Shown: positions 9,054 through 19,320, numbered from the stretch's first letter. The stretch: DNA of 64,000 nt from Candidatus Latescibacterota bacterium (GCA_965205485.1 OZ242180.1:4416001-4480000), one strand, 5' to 3'. Notes: generated by a model not told the origin, from the sequence alone. Numbers and translations are program-made.

Positions 9054-9133
9054 ACTGCGAGAATACGAATAAACGAAACTACGAAAAGGCAAAACTACGA
9101 GACGACGAAACTGCAAGACTACGAAACTACGCA
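9054..9133. repeat. Degenerate 8-mer tandem repeat (consensus ACTACGAA, 10 units)
   Basis: actgcgag aatacgaa taaacgaa actacgaa aaggcaaa actacgag acgacgaa actgcaag actacgaa actacgca. Confidence 0.8.
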
Positions 9134-9199
9134 AGACGCGAGAAGACGATCCCGCACCGTGTCCTTCGGCGTTGGATACTTATCCGCCCGTAACGGACG

Positions 9200-10357
9200 C
9201 TAAGCGCCAAATGCCCCCTTCATGCGTTCAAACAGACCCTTTCCACCCTCGGGAGGCTGGACGTTTTCAAAGTCGGCCAGCTGCCGGAAGAGCGCCTTTT
9301 CCTCTTCGTTGAGACGAGCGGGCGTCCAGACCATCACGCGTACCAGCTGGTCTCCGGTACCATACCCGTTCAACTCCGGTATCCCCTTGCCCTTCAGCCG
9401 AAAGACCTGCCCGGATTGGGTCCCCGCCGGGATCTTCATCTCGGCCCTGCTGTTCAGCGTGGGCACCGTGACCTCCGCGCCGAGCGCCGCCTGGCTGAAG
9501 CTTATGGGCAACTCGTAGAGTATATCGTTGCCGTGCCGCTCGAAATGCTCGTGCTCCGCCTCTTCGATCAGCACCATACAGTCGCCCGCGGTCCCGTCCC
9601 GCGGCCCGACGCTGCCCTGCCCCCGCAGCGGTATGTAGTTGCCGTCGGTGACGCCCGCCGGGATATTGACGGACAGACTGACGGTCTTCTTCGCCCTTCC
9701 CTCGCCGCCGCAGTCGGAACAGCGGTCGCCGATCACCTTGCCTTCGCCATTGCATTGGGGGCACGTGGTGACGTTCACGAACTGCCCGAACAACGACCTC
9801 GTAGCCTGGCGCACCTGCCCCATCCCGTTGCAGACGCTGCAGGTCCTGGCGGCCGCGCCGGACCGGGCCCCGCTTCCGGCGCATGTGTCGCACCTGTCCA
9901 TGCGGGCAAACCGGATCCTCTTCTGGACGCCCGACGCGATTTCCTCGAGCGTCAACCGGACCGGTATGCGGAGGTCTTCCCCACGCTGCGGGCCGCGCCG
10001 ACCCCCGCGACGGCCGAACAGATCGCCCAGAATCCCGCCGCCGAACACGTCGTCCAGGTTGGAAAAAATATCTTCGAAATCGGTCGCATGGGTGAAGTCG
10101 GACCACTGAAATCCGCCGCCCTGGAACGGACCGCCCAGGCCCGCGTGTCCGTACTGGTCGTAGACCTGGCGTTTCTGGGTGTCACCGAGGACCTCGTACG
10201 CTTCCGCGGCCTCCTTGAATCTCGCCGCGGCTTCTTCGTCGCCCGCGTTGCGGTCCGGATGATATTTCATCGCCTGCTTGCGATAGGCTTTCTTGATGTC
10301 GCCATCGGTCGCGCCGCGCTCCACGCCGAGAACGTCATAATAATCACGTTTGGACAT
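9200..10357 (-). CDS. dnaJ: Chaperone DnaJ
   Basis: J domain with HPD, G/F-rich region, four CxxCxGxG repeats. Confidence 0.98.
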   Translation of the reverse strand: MSKRDYYDVLGVERGATDGDIKKAYRKQAMKYHPDRNAGDEEAAARFKEAAEAYEVLGDTQKRQVYDQYGHAGLGGPFQGGGFQWSDFTHATDFEDIFSNLDDVFGGGILGDLFGRRGGRRGPQRGEDLRIPVRLTLEEIASGVQKRIRFARMDRCDTCAGSGARSGAAARTCSVCNGMGQVRQATRSLFGQFVNVTTCPQCNGEGKVIGDRCSDCGGEGRAKKTVSLSVNIPAGVTDGNYIPLRGQGSVGPRDGTAGDCMVLIEEAEHEHFERHGNDILYELPISFSQAALGAEVTVPTLNSRAEMKIPAGTQSGQVFRLKGKGIPELNGYGTGDQLVRVMVWTPARLNEEEKALFRQLADFENVQPPEGGKGLFERMKGAFGA

Positions 10358-10408
10358 GACTCGTTCCTGTGGGGCAAAACAGACAACAGAGCCGGTTTCC
10401 GGCCCTGC

Positions 10409-11026
10409 TCAGGATTGCCGCGCTTCACTCTCCTTCTCGCCCTCTTCTTCGCTTCCGGACTCCTCTCCGGCGCTTCCTCCGCTCACGACGACCCTGGAGG
10501 GACGGATCACTTTCTCGCCAAGCCGGTACCCGCGTTCCACCACGGCCATCACGAGCCCTTCGGCGTGGTCTTCCGAAGTCATCTGCATCAGCGCTTCATG
10601 ATAATTGGGATCGAACGGCTGCCCCTCGGCTTCGATCTCGGAAAGCCCGCGTCGCTGGAGGACTTTGGGTAATTCCTCCATGATCATCGTCACACCCTGT
10701 TTGAACCCGTCGGACTCCTCATCGCCGTCGGCGCGGTGCTCCAGCGCGCGCGCGACCGAGTCGAGAACGGGCAGCAGATCCCGAATCAGGTTCTCACTGG
10801 CCGACTGAATCAGGGCATCGAACTCCCTCGTCCTCCGTTTCTTGTAATTGTCGAATTCGGCTGCCAGGCGTATCCACCGATCCTTGTACTCTTCGGATTC
10901 CCGAAGGGCTTCCTCGAGCGGGTCCGGCGCGTCTTCTTCGCCTGAAGCCTCGACGTCCCCGCCGCCTTCCGGTTCGGCGGTTTCCTCCTGTTTCTCCTCG
11001 CCGTTGACTTCGTCAGGGTTAACCAT
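10409..11026 (-). CDS. grpE: Nucleotide exchange factor GrpE
   Basis: RLAAEFDNYKKR, LLPVLD, FDPNYHEA, GYRLGEKVIRPSRV. Confidence 0.96.
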   Translation of the reverse strand: MVNPDEVNGEEKQEETAEPEGGGDVEASGEEDAPDPLEEALRESEEYKDRWIRLAAEFDNYKKRRTREFDALIQSASENLIRDLLPVLDSVARALEHRADGDEESDGFKQGVTMIMEELPKVLQRRGLSEIEAEGQPFDPNYHEALMQMTSEDHAEGLVMAVVERGYRLGEKVIRPSRVVVSGGSAGEESGSEEEGEKESEARQS

Positions 11027-11049
11027 ATTCGAGCGAGCAACCTCCTTGG

Positions 11050-12081
11050 CTAGTGATCCAGCATTTCCTCCGCCAGCGTCGCCATATAGCGGGTGAGGGG
11101 AATGAGTCTCGCATACGGGATGCGGGTGGGTCCGATCAGCCCGATGACCCCCGAAATGGCGCCAACGCGATAGCGCGACGTGAGCACGCTGCAACCCTGA
11201 AGTTGCGGCGGACCGTTTTCGGCGCCGATCGTCACGGAAATCCCTTCGTGTTCGGTCCGTTCGTCCAGAATCGTAATCATCGGCTCCCGGGCTTCGAGCA
11301 GCTCCATCAGGGCGGCGAGGTCGTCTTTCTTGCGGTTGAACTCGGGCTGCATGATAAAGTTGCCGGCGCCTCCGAAATGCAGATCCATACCGCTCTGAAA
11401 CCGGAAAAGGTTCGACGCGCTGTCGCACAGCACACGCAGAAGTCTGGGAGACCCGCCTGAGACCTCCCGGAGCCGATCCGCCACCGAATCCCGGATCTCC
11501 GCCACGCTGAGACCGGAAAGCCGTTCGTTTACCGCCCGCGACGTCTCATCCAGCTCGCCGGGCGAAATGGCCGAATCCACCTCCATGACCATCGTCTTCA
11601 CCAGCCCCGACTTGATTGCAAGCACCAGCAGCAGCCTGCCTTCAGACAGATGGACCATTTCGAGCCGGTCGAATATGCCCCGTTCGAACCTCGGCGAGAG
11701 GACCATTCCCAGGTTCATCGAGAGATCGGCGATCAATCTGGACATCTGCTCCAGCAAGGCCTCGATATCCCCCTCGCGGACGTATGCCCTTACCCGCTCG
11801 CGGATGCGATCACGCTCTTCCTCCTGGATTGTCTGCCTGGGCATCACTTTGTCCACGTAATAGCGGTAACCTTTGTCCGTGGGCACGCGGCCGGCCGAAG
11901 TGTGCGGATGGGTGAGCAGGCCCTTCTCCTCCAGGTCTGCCATGGAATTGCGTACCGTGGCGGAACTGAGACCCAGCCCGGACCTGGCGATGGCGCGCGA
12001 TCCGACTGGCTCTCCGGTATTGATATGCCTGCTGATGAGGATATTCAAAATCGCCGCTTCACGTTGTTGTAACTGCAACAT
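11050..12081 (-). CDS. hrcA: Heat-inducible transcription repressor HrcA
   Basis: EPVGS, SSATVRNSMADLE, HTSAGRVPTDKGYRYYV, IGPTR. Confidence 0.97.
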   Translation of the reverse strand: MLQLQQREAAILNILISRHINTGEPVGSRAIARSGLGLSSATVRNSMADLEEKGLLTHPHTSAGRVPTDKGYRYYVDKVMPRQTIQEEERDRIRERVRAYVREGDIEALLEQMSRLIADLSMNLGMVLSPRFERGIFDRLEMVHLSEGRLLLVLAIKSGLVKTMVMEVDSAISPGELDETSRAVNERLSGLSVAEIRDSVADRLREVSGGSPRLLRVLCDSASNLFRFQSGMDLHFGGAGNFIMQPEFNRKKDDLAALMELLEAREPMITILDERTEHEGISVTIGAENGPPQLQGCSVLTSRYRVGAISGVIGLIGPTRIPYARLIPLTRYMATLAEEMLDH

Positions 12082-12286
12082 ACGACCCACCTTCTCCTGG
12101 CGTCAGTAAGTGACCGCAGGGCCGGAGGAGATGCCCGCTGAGTGACGGATGATCCAAGGTGACTTTATCCAAGGGAGAGAGGACAACCTGAAAGGCGGCG
12201 TTCATTAGTATACGGTACGACAACGCCACACGGATGGCGGGGGCTGTCTCGGGTTTCGAAACCCGGCAGTCTGGATATTCCAAGAA

Positions 12287-12315
12287 ATGATAAACGAATG
12301 CAATTGCATTGTCAA
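12287..12315 (-). promoter_or_regulatory. Sigma70-type promoter of the hrcA operon overlapping a perfect 14-bp palindrome
   Basis: Minus strand TTGACA-N17-TATCAT; AATGCAATTGCATT at 12297-12310. Confidence 0.7.
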
Positions 12316-12551
12316 GCCTTTTGCCGCAGAACCGGAACGGCTGCAATCCCCGTCGCCGCACCGGTAAAGAGACACTTTGATACCGCTCCGTACCTGCATT
12401 CGCCTCACACCGTGCGGCAACCGCTATTAACATATATTTAACATAATTGCAATCTGTACGAAATAAACGGCCCGTATATTTGCGCCGTTCCGGATTCGTC
12501 CTGACATATATGGAAACGATACAACGACTCACACGCGAAAGGAGCCGCGGC

Positions 12552-13970
12552 ATGGGCAAGACGCCTCAAGACGTCCTAGACATGATCAAGGAAAACAACG
12601 TAAAAATCGTGGATTTCCGCTTTACGGACTATCCGGGGCTCTGGCAGCACTTTTCGGTGCCGGCCGAGGAAGTCGAGGAAGACACCTTTGAGGACGGACT
12701 CGGCTTCGACGGCTCCAGCATGCGCGGCTGGCAATCCATCCATGAAAGCGACCTCCTCGTCATGCCCGAACCCGACACGGCCTTTGTCGATCCATTCCTC
12801 GAGATCCCCACGCTCGCGTTATTCTGCGAGATCCAGGATCCGATCACGAGAGGCCAATACACGCGGGACCCGCGGACCGTGGCGCGAAGGGCCGAGGTCT
12901 ATCTCAGGGAAACCGGCATTGCGGACGAGGCCACCTTCGGGCCGGAGGCGGAATTCTTCGTCTTCGACGATATCCGCTTCGACCAGACGAACAATACGGG
13001 CTACTATTACGTCGATTCGGTCGAAGGACGCTGGAATACCGGCCGTGACGAGCAGCCGAACCTGGGCTACAAGCCCCGGTACAAGGAGGGGTACTTCCCG
13101 GTACCGCCCACTGACAGCCTTCAGGATATCCGGAGTGAGATGGTCCTGCACATGATCAACTGCGGCATCGAGGTGGAAGCCCACCACCACGAGGTGGCGA
13201 CCGGCGGCCAGGCCGAGATCGATTTCCGGTTCGCGCCGCTGCTGTCCTGTGCAGACAAACTGATCCTGTACAAGTACATCGTCAAAAACACCGCGCGGAA
13301 ACACGGCCGGACCGCCACGTTCATGCCCAAGCCGCTCTTTCAGGACAACGGTACCGGGATGCACGTGCACCAGAGCCTCTGGAAAGACGGTGAACCCCTC
13401 TTCGCCGGTTCCGAATACGCCGGACTCAGCGACATGGCGCTGCACTACATCGGCGGAATCCTCAAGCATGCAAACGCGTTGCTGGCATTCGTCGCGCCGA
13501 CCACGAACTCCTACAAACGCCTGGTGCCCGGATACGAGGCCCCGGTCAACCTGGCCTACTCCAAGCGCAACCGCAGCGCGTGCGTCCGGATCCCGATGTA
13601 TTCCCCCAGTCCCAAGGCCAAGCGGATGGAGTTCCGTTGCCCGGACCCGTCCTGCAACCCCTACCTGGCCTTTGCGGCCATGCTCATGGCCGGCCTGGAT
13701 GGCATCCGGAACCGGATCGACCCGGGCGAACCGCTGGACATGGACCTCTATGAACTGGAACCGGAAGACATGGCCAGAGTTCCCCAGACGTGCGGATCGC
13801 TGGAGGAAGCCATCAACGCCCTCGAAGCCGATCACGATTTCCTTCTCGAGGGAGACGTCTTCACCAGAGACGTGGTCGACAGCTGGATTGACTACAAGCG
13901 CAAAAACGAAATCGACGAGATGCGACTGAGGCCGCATCCCTACGAATTCGCGCTGTATTTCGACGCCTGA
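12552..13970 (+). CDS. glnA: Glutamine synthetase type I
   Basis: [38 protein letters not shown], adenylylation-site-like DLYEL. Confidence 0.98.
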   Translation: MGKTPQDVLDMIKENNVKIVDFRFTDYPGLWQHFSVPAEEVEEDTFEDGLGFDGSSMRGWQSIHESDLLVMPEPDTAFVDPFLEIPTLALFCEIQDPITRGQYTRDPRTVARRAEVYLRETGIADEATFGPEAEFFVFDDIRFDQTNNTGYYYVDSVEGRWNTGRDEQPNLGYKPRYKEGYFPVPPTDSLQDIRSEMVLHMINCGIEVEAHHHEVATGGQAEIDFRFAPLLSCADKLILYKYIVKNTARKHGRTATFMPKPLFQDNGTGMHVHQSLWKDGEPLFAGSEYAGLSDMALHYIGGILKHANALLAFVAPTTNSYKRLVPGYEAPVNLAYSKRNRSACVRIPMYSPSPKAKRMEFRCPDPSCNPYLAFAAMLMAGLDGIRNRIDPGEPLDMDLYELEPEDMARVPQTCGSLEEAINALEADHDFLLEGDVFTRDVVDSWIDYKRKNEIDEMRLRPHPYEFALYFDA

Positions 13971-13999
13971 TCCGGTACGGCACAATACTCGCACGACTC

Positions 14000-14037
14000 G
14001 AACAGGGGGCAGACACGCGCCCCCTGTTTCTTTGTTC
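14000..14037 (+). terminator. Intrinsic terminator after glnA
   Basis: aacagggggc/gccccctgtt stem then T-rich tail. Confidence 0.7.
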
Positions 14038-14094
14038 TGACTCAACAGGTGGCTGCCCGGCCGGCGGCCGGGGACAGAGGAAAGGGCAGGACAG

Positions 14095-15282
14095 ATGCGC
14101 ATCACGGATGTCCGGACGTTCCACGTGGACGCGGGCTGGCGTTCCTGGCTGTTTGTCAAGGTGGAAACCGACGCCGGTGTCACGGGCTGGGGCGAATGCA
14201 GCGACGACAAGATGCCTTTGAGCGTCGCTGGCGCTATTGAAGATTTCAAGGCCGTGCTGATCGGCAGGGATCCGCGCCCGTTCGAAATGCGGTTCCAGGA
14301 TATGGTCAGACAAAGCCGTCAGAGTCCGGACGGCGCGACCATGAAAGCCATCGCAGGTATCGAACTGGCCCTGCTGGACATCAAGGCGCGGGCCCTCGGC
14401 ATTTCCGTTGTGGAACTGTTCGGCGGGCCCACGCGGGAAGACCTCCGCCTGTACTGGTCCCACTGCGGCACCAGCAGGATCCGCGCGCAGGAACTCATCG
14501 GGACCCCGCCCTTGCGCAATCTGAACGACGTTGCCGCGCTGGGCCGGGAGGTGGTGGAGAAAGGCTTCACGGCGCTCAAAACCAACATTCTGATGCCCGG
14601 CGATCCCGGGTCCGTCTACTTTCCGGGCTTTGCGGGCGGACCCGGCACGACCGACCAGGCCATATCGAATCGGCTCCTGTCGCATATCGAGACTCTGGTG
14701 GGTACTTTCCGCGAAGCCGTGGGACCCGACGTCGACATCAACCTGGACCTCAATTTCAACTTCAAGCCGGAGGCCTGCCGGCGAATTGCCAGAATCCTGG
14801 AACCCTTCAACCTGCTCTGGCTTGAAATCGACATGTACGACCCGGATGCCATCCTTGCGATCAGACAGTCCACCGCCACGCCCATCTGCACCGGCGAGAA
14901 TCTGTTTCACATGCGTGGATACATTCCCTATTTTAAACGCCAGGCGGCCGACGTGTACATGGTTGACGTACCATGGAACGGCTTTTCGCAGTCCAGGAAG
15001 ATTGGAGACCTCGCTGAAGCCTATCAGTTGAACGTCGCCCCGCACAACTACTACAGTCACCTCGCGTCGTTCATCAGCGCGAGCCTTTGCGGCGTGCTTC
15101 CCAACGTCCGCATCATGGAAATCGACATCGACGACGTACCCTGGAAAGACGACCTCGTCACGAATCCGCCAACAATCGTCGACGGGCGCATGGCGATTCC
15201 CGACGGGCCGGGTTGGGGCACGGAGGTCGTGGAAGATGCCCTGCTGGCGCACCCCCGGCAACCCGGGCGTCACCGGGCGTGA
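14095..15282 (+). CDS. Mandelate racemase/muconate lactonizing enzyme family (acid-sugar dehydratase-like)
   Basis: VKVETDAGVTGWGE, ALLDIKAR, PICTGEN, APHN. Confidence 0.9.
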   Translation: MRITDVRTFHVDAGWRSWLFVKVETDAGVTGWGECSDDKMPLSVAGAIEDFKAVLIGRDPRPFEMRFQDMVRQSRQSPDGATMKAIAGIELALLDIKARALGISVVELFGGPTREDLRLYWSHCGTSRIRAQELIGTPPLRNLNDVAALGREVVEKGFTALKTNILMPGDPGSVYFPGFAGGPGTTDQAISNRLLSHIETLVGTFREAVGPDVDINLDLNFNFKPEACRRIARILEPFNLLWLEIDMYDPDAILAIRQSTATPICTGENLFHMRGYIPYFKRQAADVYMVDVPWNGFSQSRKIGDLAEAYQLNVAPHNYYSHLASFISASLCGVLPNVRIMEIDIDDVPWKDDLVTNPPTIVDGRMAIPDGPGWGTEVVEDALLAHPRQPGRHRA

Positions 15283-15304
15283 CGTCCGCGAGAGAGGTAA
15301 TCCC

Positions 15305-16657
15305 ATGCGAGAAACCAGGCTGCTAACCGACGAGCAGATGCGGTTTTACGTTGTCAACGGGTTTATTTCCGTCAAGACGGAGCTTCCCGCGGAATTTCAT
15401 GCCGGCGTCTTCCAACGCACAAACGACATATTCAAAACAGAGGGAAATCCCGGGAACAACCTTCTGCCCAGGCTTCCGGAAATCCGGAGGGTCTTCCGGG
15501 ACCCGAATGTCGTCGGCGCGCTCACCGGCCTCCTGGGCGCCAACTACTACATGCATCCCCACCGCCACTGTCACTCCAACCCGCCCGGGAGCACCGGGCA
15601 GCGGATGCATATGGACGGCTGGAACCGGCGGCACCATCACACGAGGTGGGCCATGGCGTTCTATTACCCCCAGTCCACGCCGATAAGCCTGGGTCCCACC
15701 GGCGTGGTGCCCGGCAGCCACTATAACAACACCTTTGACGCCGATGCGAACGAAGAACTGCCTCTTTGCGGGGACGCGGGCGACGTCACCATCGTACATT
15801 ACGACCTCTGGCACCGGGCCATGCCGAATTCCTGCGACGGACCCCGCTATATGATGAAATTCCTCTTTACCCGGATGCAGGAACCGGATGCACCGAGTTG
15901 GCGGCATGTCGCGAACGGGGCTCCCGCGCACGATGGCTGGAAGCACTCAAACGACCGCACGCTGCTGTGGAACCACCTCTGGGACTGGCACCGGGGACGT
16001 CCTTCCGCGAACGGCCTGAACGCGTCGGTGGCGGACGTCGCGCGGGAGCTGGACGACGAGCATGAGAACACGGCCCTGAACGCCGCCTACCGTCTGGCCC
16101 GGATAGGGACCCCCGCCATTCCCACGCTTTCGAATTTTCTGGACGATGAGTCCGAGTCCGTGCGCCGAAACGCGGCCTACGGCCTCAGCGCCATCGGCGC
16201 GCCGGCGGTTCCTGGCCTGGTCGAAAGGCTGGGACACGACGCTGCCCAGGCCGTCCAGATCCTGGCGGATATCGGCGGAGGCGCAGAAGAGGCCGTCCCG
16301 CGGCTGGTCGACACCCTGGAAGACGAAGACCCCGAGGTCCGCCGGTGGTCGGCCGAAGCCCTAGGTAACGTCGCACTGGCGGAGCCGGCCGTGGTATCGG
16401 GACTGAAAAAGCAGATGAAGGACACCGACGGCGACGTGCGCCGCACCGCAGCGCTGGCTCTGGCCAGACTGGGTCCGGCAGCCGAATCCGCCGTTCCGGA
16501 ACTGAGTGACGGGCTGTCGGACGACAATCGTTACGCACGGGGCAACGCCGCCGAGGCGCTCAGGCGAATCGGGACCCCGGCGGCATTGAATGCGCTCATC
16601 CCCGCGTTGACAACGGCCCGCTGGTGCCCGGAAACAACGCCGGAGAGTACGTTTTAG
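15305..16657 (+). CDS. Phytanoyl-CoA dioxygenase (PhyH) family domain fused to HEAT repeats
   Basis: HMD iron motif, TGVVPGSH, AGDV..WHRA; C-terminal VRRxAAxAL repeats. Confidence 0.85.
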   Translation: MRETRLLTDEQMRFYVVNGFISVKTELPAEFHAGVFQRTNDIFKTEGNPGNNLLPRLPEIRRVFRDPNVVGALTGLLGANYYMHPHRHCHSNPPGSTGQRMHMDGWNRRHHHTRWAMAFYYPQSTPISLGPTGVVPGSHYNNTFDADANEELPLCGDAGDVTIVHYDLWHRAMPNSCDGPRYMMKFLFTRMQEPDAPSWRHVANGAPAHDGWKHSNDRTLLWNHLWDWHRGRPSANGLNASVADVARELDDEHENTALNAAYRLARIGTPAIPTLSNFLDDESESVRRNAAYGLSAIGAPAVPGLVERLGHDAAQAVQILADIGGGAEEAVPRLVDTLEDEDPEVRRWSAEALGNVALAEPAVVSGLKKQMKDTDGDVRRTAALALARLGPAAESAVPELSDGLSDDNRYARGNAAEALRRIGTPAALNALIPALTTARWCPETTPESTF

Positions 16658-16772
16658 GTACCGTCCGTCCCGATAGATCGCTTTGCGCTGGACGGTCTGG
16701 CCCTGGACGAAAAAACGGCCGTCGCTTCCGACTGACCGTTTCCCCTCCAGCCCACCCGTCTGTCCTGTCGAA

Positions 16773-17210
16773 TCAGCGCCAGGACGCGATGACCAGGCCC
16801 TGTCCGAGAAGCGAAACGCCGTTGTATCCCAGGCTTAGCCAGAACAGGCCCGCCTTCCGCCCCTCGAAGGCCACCGACTGGTGCGCTACCGGGAGCACGA
16901 AGGCGATCAGCGCCATCAATCCCAGATGGATGCCCGCCATCGCTTTTCCACCGCTCCCCTGCAGCGTCGAGACGTCCTGCGGCCCACCCATTCCGGCAAG
17001 CAGTTGCGCAAGGATGAAAGCAGTGAGGAGCGCCAGAAGAAAACTGACGCCGTACGTTTTGAGGGGGTTGAAGTCCTTGCGTATCTCCTCCTCCGTGGTC
17101 TCCATGTATCCGAGCCAGCGCTTTCCGAACAATGGTCCGTACCAGACGGCGCCTGCGATCATAGGGACAACGCCGGCAACCAGTACCGCGAGATAATTGA
17201 CCTCATGCAT
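16773..17210 (-). CDS. DUF1761-like membrane protein
   Basis: NYLAVLVA..GAVWYGPLFGKRW signature; about four TM segments. Confidence 0.75.
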   Translation of the reverse strand: MHEVNYLAVLVAGVVPMIAGAVWYGPLFGKRWLGYMETTEEEIRKDFNPLKTYGVSFLLALLTAFILAQLLAGMGGPQDVSTLQGSGGKAMAGIHLGLMALIAFVLPVAHQSVAFEGRKAGLFWLSLGYNGVSLLGQGLVIASWR

Positions 17211-17288
17211 ATCTGTTCCTCCGGATCGGGTTGAACTGCCTGACTGCAATGCTCCGGGTCTCTATTGACGCCGCCATGTCCTGCGACC

Positions 17289-19088
17289 CTACTCCCACTC
17301 GACCGTTCCCGGCGGCTTGTGCGTTACGTCGTAGAACACCGCTTCGACACCTTCCAGATTTGTAATCTCGCGCGCGAGTTTCCGCACGAAGTCAAAGGGC
17401 AGCGCGCTGAATCGCGCCGTCATGAAGTCCGGCGTTTCCACCGGCCTCAAGACCACGGTTTCCGCGATACCGTCGGATGTCAATGGAAGAAGCACCGTGG
17501 GCATCTGGGACACCGTCCTGGACAGGCCCTCCCGCTCCAGGGCTTCCATCGCGAGCGCGTCCACGTCCCTGAGCAGGTCCAGCCGGGATTGCGTCAGAAA
17601 GGCCCTCTTCAGCTTCAGCGCGGGAAGGGCCGGCGGCGCCAGCAGGTAGACGACCCGGTTGATCTCGGAAATTGTATTCGTAATGCGCGTGGAAACGTCC
17701 TCCAGTACCGCCCAGTCCGTCTCACCCCACACAACCGCGGGGTGCGCATAGGTGCGGAAGTCCCCCTGGACCCCGACGCTCTGGAGCGGAAGCACGCGGA
17801 TCCCGAGCCCGGCGCCGGCCGCAATATCGCGTGCGGCTTCTTCTGCCTCCGCGTCCGGAAGGTCCGCGTCGTCACCAGGGGAGCAGAGGCAGCGCACGGA
17901 CAACCCTGGGCCGGGAAACGGCTGGCGCCAGATCAGATGCGGCGGCAGTCCGAGCGTGTTGCCCAGTTCGCGCACTTCGTCCTTGTAGAGGTGCGCGAGC
18001 GGTTCGATGACCAGTCCGCGGGCGATCAGCTCTTCCACCACGTCCACCCGGTTGTGGTGCGTCTTGATCACCGCAGCGTGTTCCGTACCGCCCGATTCGA
18101 TCGTATCCGGATAGAGCGTGCCCTGCCCCAGCAGCCAGCCGTCCGAATCCAGGCCCATCCGGTCCAGGACGCGGTCCTTGACTTCGAGAAACGCCCGGCC
18201 GATGGCCAGCCGTTTCTGTTCCGGCTCCACCATGCCCTCCACGCTGAGCAGGAAATCCTCCGACGCATCCTCCACAATCAGGTTTTCGAATCCTTCGTCA
18301 CGAAGCGCGTCCGCTACGCGGTCGGACTCCCGCTTCCGCATGAACCCGTTGTTGATGTGCAACCCCAGCACGCGCTCCGGTCCCAACGCGCGGTTGAAAA
18401 GCGCAAAGGCCACGCTCGAGTCCACGCCGCCCGAAACCAGAAGAAACACGCGTTTCCCACCCACCTGCTCCCGGATCTCCTCCTTCGCCGTTTCCGCGTA
18501 ACCGGCCATGGTCCAGGTACGCGGCGCGGCGCAGATATTCAGGAAATTATCCAGTATGTCCATTCCGCGGGCGGTGTGCGCGACCTCGGGGTGGAATTGC
18601 AGTCCGTACAGATTCCTTCGAACGTCACCGACCGCGGCCGTTGCGCAGTCGTCCGTCGTCCCCAGCACCTCAAACCCCGCCGGCAGGCGGCTGGCCACGT
18701 CGCCATGGCTCATCCACACGATCTGGGGCGACGCCATGCCCGCGAACAGGCCATTCGCCGATTGAATCCGCAGTTCCGCCGAACCGTACTCACGGATCTT
18801 CCCACGCGCAACCTCGCCGCCCAGTTCCTGGCACACAAGCTGGTGGCCGTAACACAGTCCAAGCACGGGCAGCCCTGAACTCAGGTGCGCCGAATTGAAC
18901 GCCGGCTGATCCGGGTCGTAGACGCTCGCGGGGCCCCCCGACAGAATCAGGCCGGAAAACCCGTCGACTGCAGAGGTGTCCGCGTCGGGTGGGAAGACTT
19001 CCGACCAGACCTGCAGGCGGCGGATACGGTTTGCGATCAGGTGGGCGTATTGCCCCCCGAAGTCCAGCACGGCGATGCCGTTTTGCAT
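17289..19088 (-). CDS. guaA: GMP synthase (glutamine-hydrolysing), long form
   Basis: LDFGGQY, GLCYGHQ, QFHPEV, SGGVDS, IKTHHN, RQPFPGPGL, KPPGTVEWE. Confidence 0.96.
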   Translation of the reverse strand: MQNGIAVLDFGGQYAHLIANRIRRLQVWSEVFPPDADTSAVDGFSGLILSGGPASVYDPDQPAFNSAHLSSGLPVLGLCYGHQLVCQELGGEVARGKIREYGSAELRIQSANGLFAGMASPQIVWMSHGDVASRLPAGFEVLGTTDDCATAAVGDVRRNLYGLQFHPEVAHTARGMDILDNFLNICAAPRTWTMAGYAETAKEEIREQVGGKRVFLLVSGGVDSSVAFALFNRALGPERVLGLHINNGFMRKRESDRVADALRDEGFENLIVEDASEDFLLSVEGMVEPEQKRLAIGRAFLEVKDRVLDRMGLDSDGWLLGQGTLYPDTIESGGTEHAAVIKTHHNRVDVVEELIARGLVIEPLAHLYKDEVRELGNTLGLPPHLIWRQPFPGPGLSVRCLCSPGDDADLPDAEAEEAARDIAAGAGLGIRVLPLQSVGVQGDFRTYAHPAVVWGETDWAVLEDVSTRITNTISEINRVVYLLAPPALPALKLKRAFLTQSRLDLLRDVDALAMEALEREGLSRTVSQMPTVLLPLTSDGIAETVVLRPVETPDFMTARFSALPFDFVRKLAREITNLEGVEAVFYDVTHKPPGTVEWE

Positions 19089-19116
19089 GGCTGCTTCTCC
19101 GTGACGGCAGGACGTT

Positions 19117-19320
19117 TCATTGCTTTGTCTTCACAATTTCCCTGAGGAAGTCTTCGGCAGAAAACTCGTTACATCCCGTGGCCTCGATCAACAGATCCAG
19201 GATCTCACGCCGTTTGCGCCGGTCATATATCAAGTCTTCAAATACCTCCCTGGACTTTCTTCGCCCGAGAGCCTTCTCGATTTCTCCGGGTGTCATCCAC
19301 TGGCCGCCCGTTGCAGACAT
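19117..19320 (-). CDS. Small hypothetical protein (67 aa) upstream of guaA
   Basis: GGAGG RBS, own promoter, helical charged composition. Confidence 0.65.
   Translation of the reverse strand: MSATGGQWMTPGEIEKALGRRKSREVFEDLIYDRRKRREILDLLIEATGCNEFSAEDFLREIVKTKQ

Noticed and set aside
17265..18878. Long antisense ORFs opposite guaA and other genes (e.g. 12819-14249, 43861-45153)
   Set aside because: Expected stop-poor shadow frames in high-GC coding DNA
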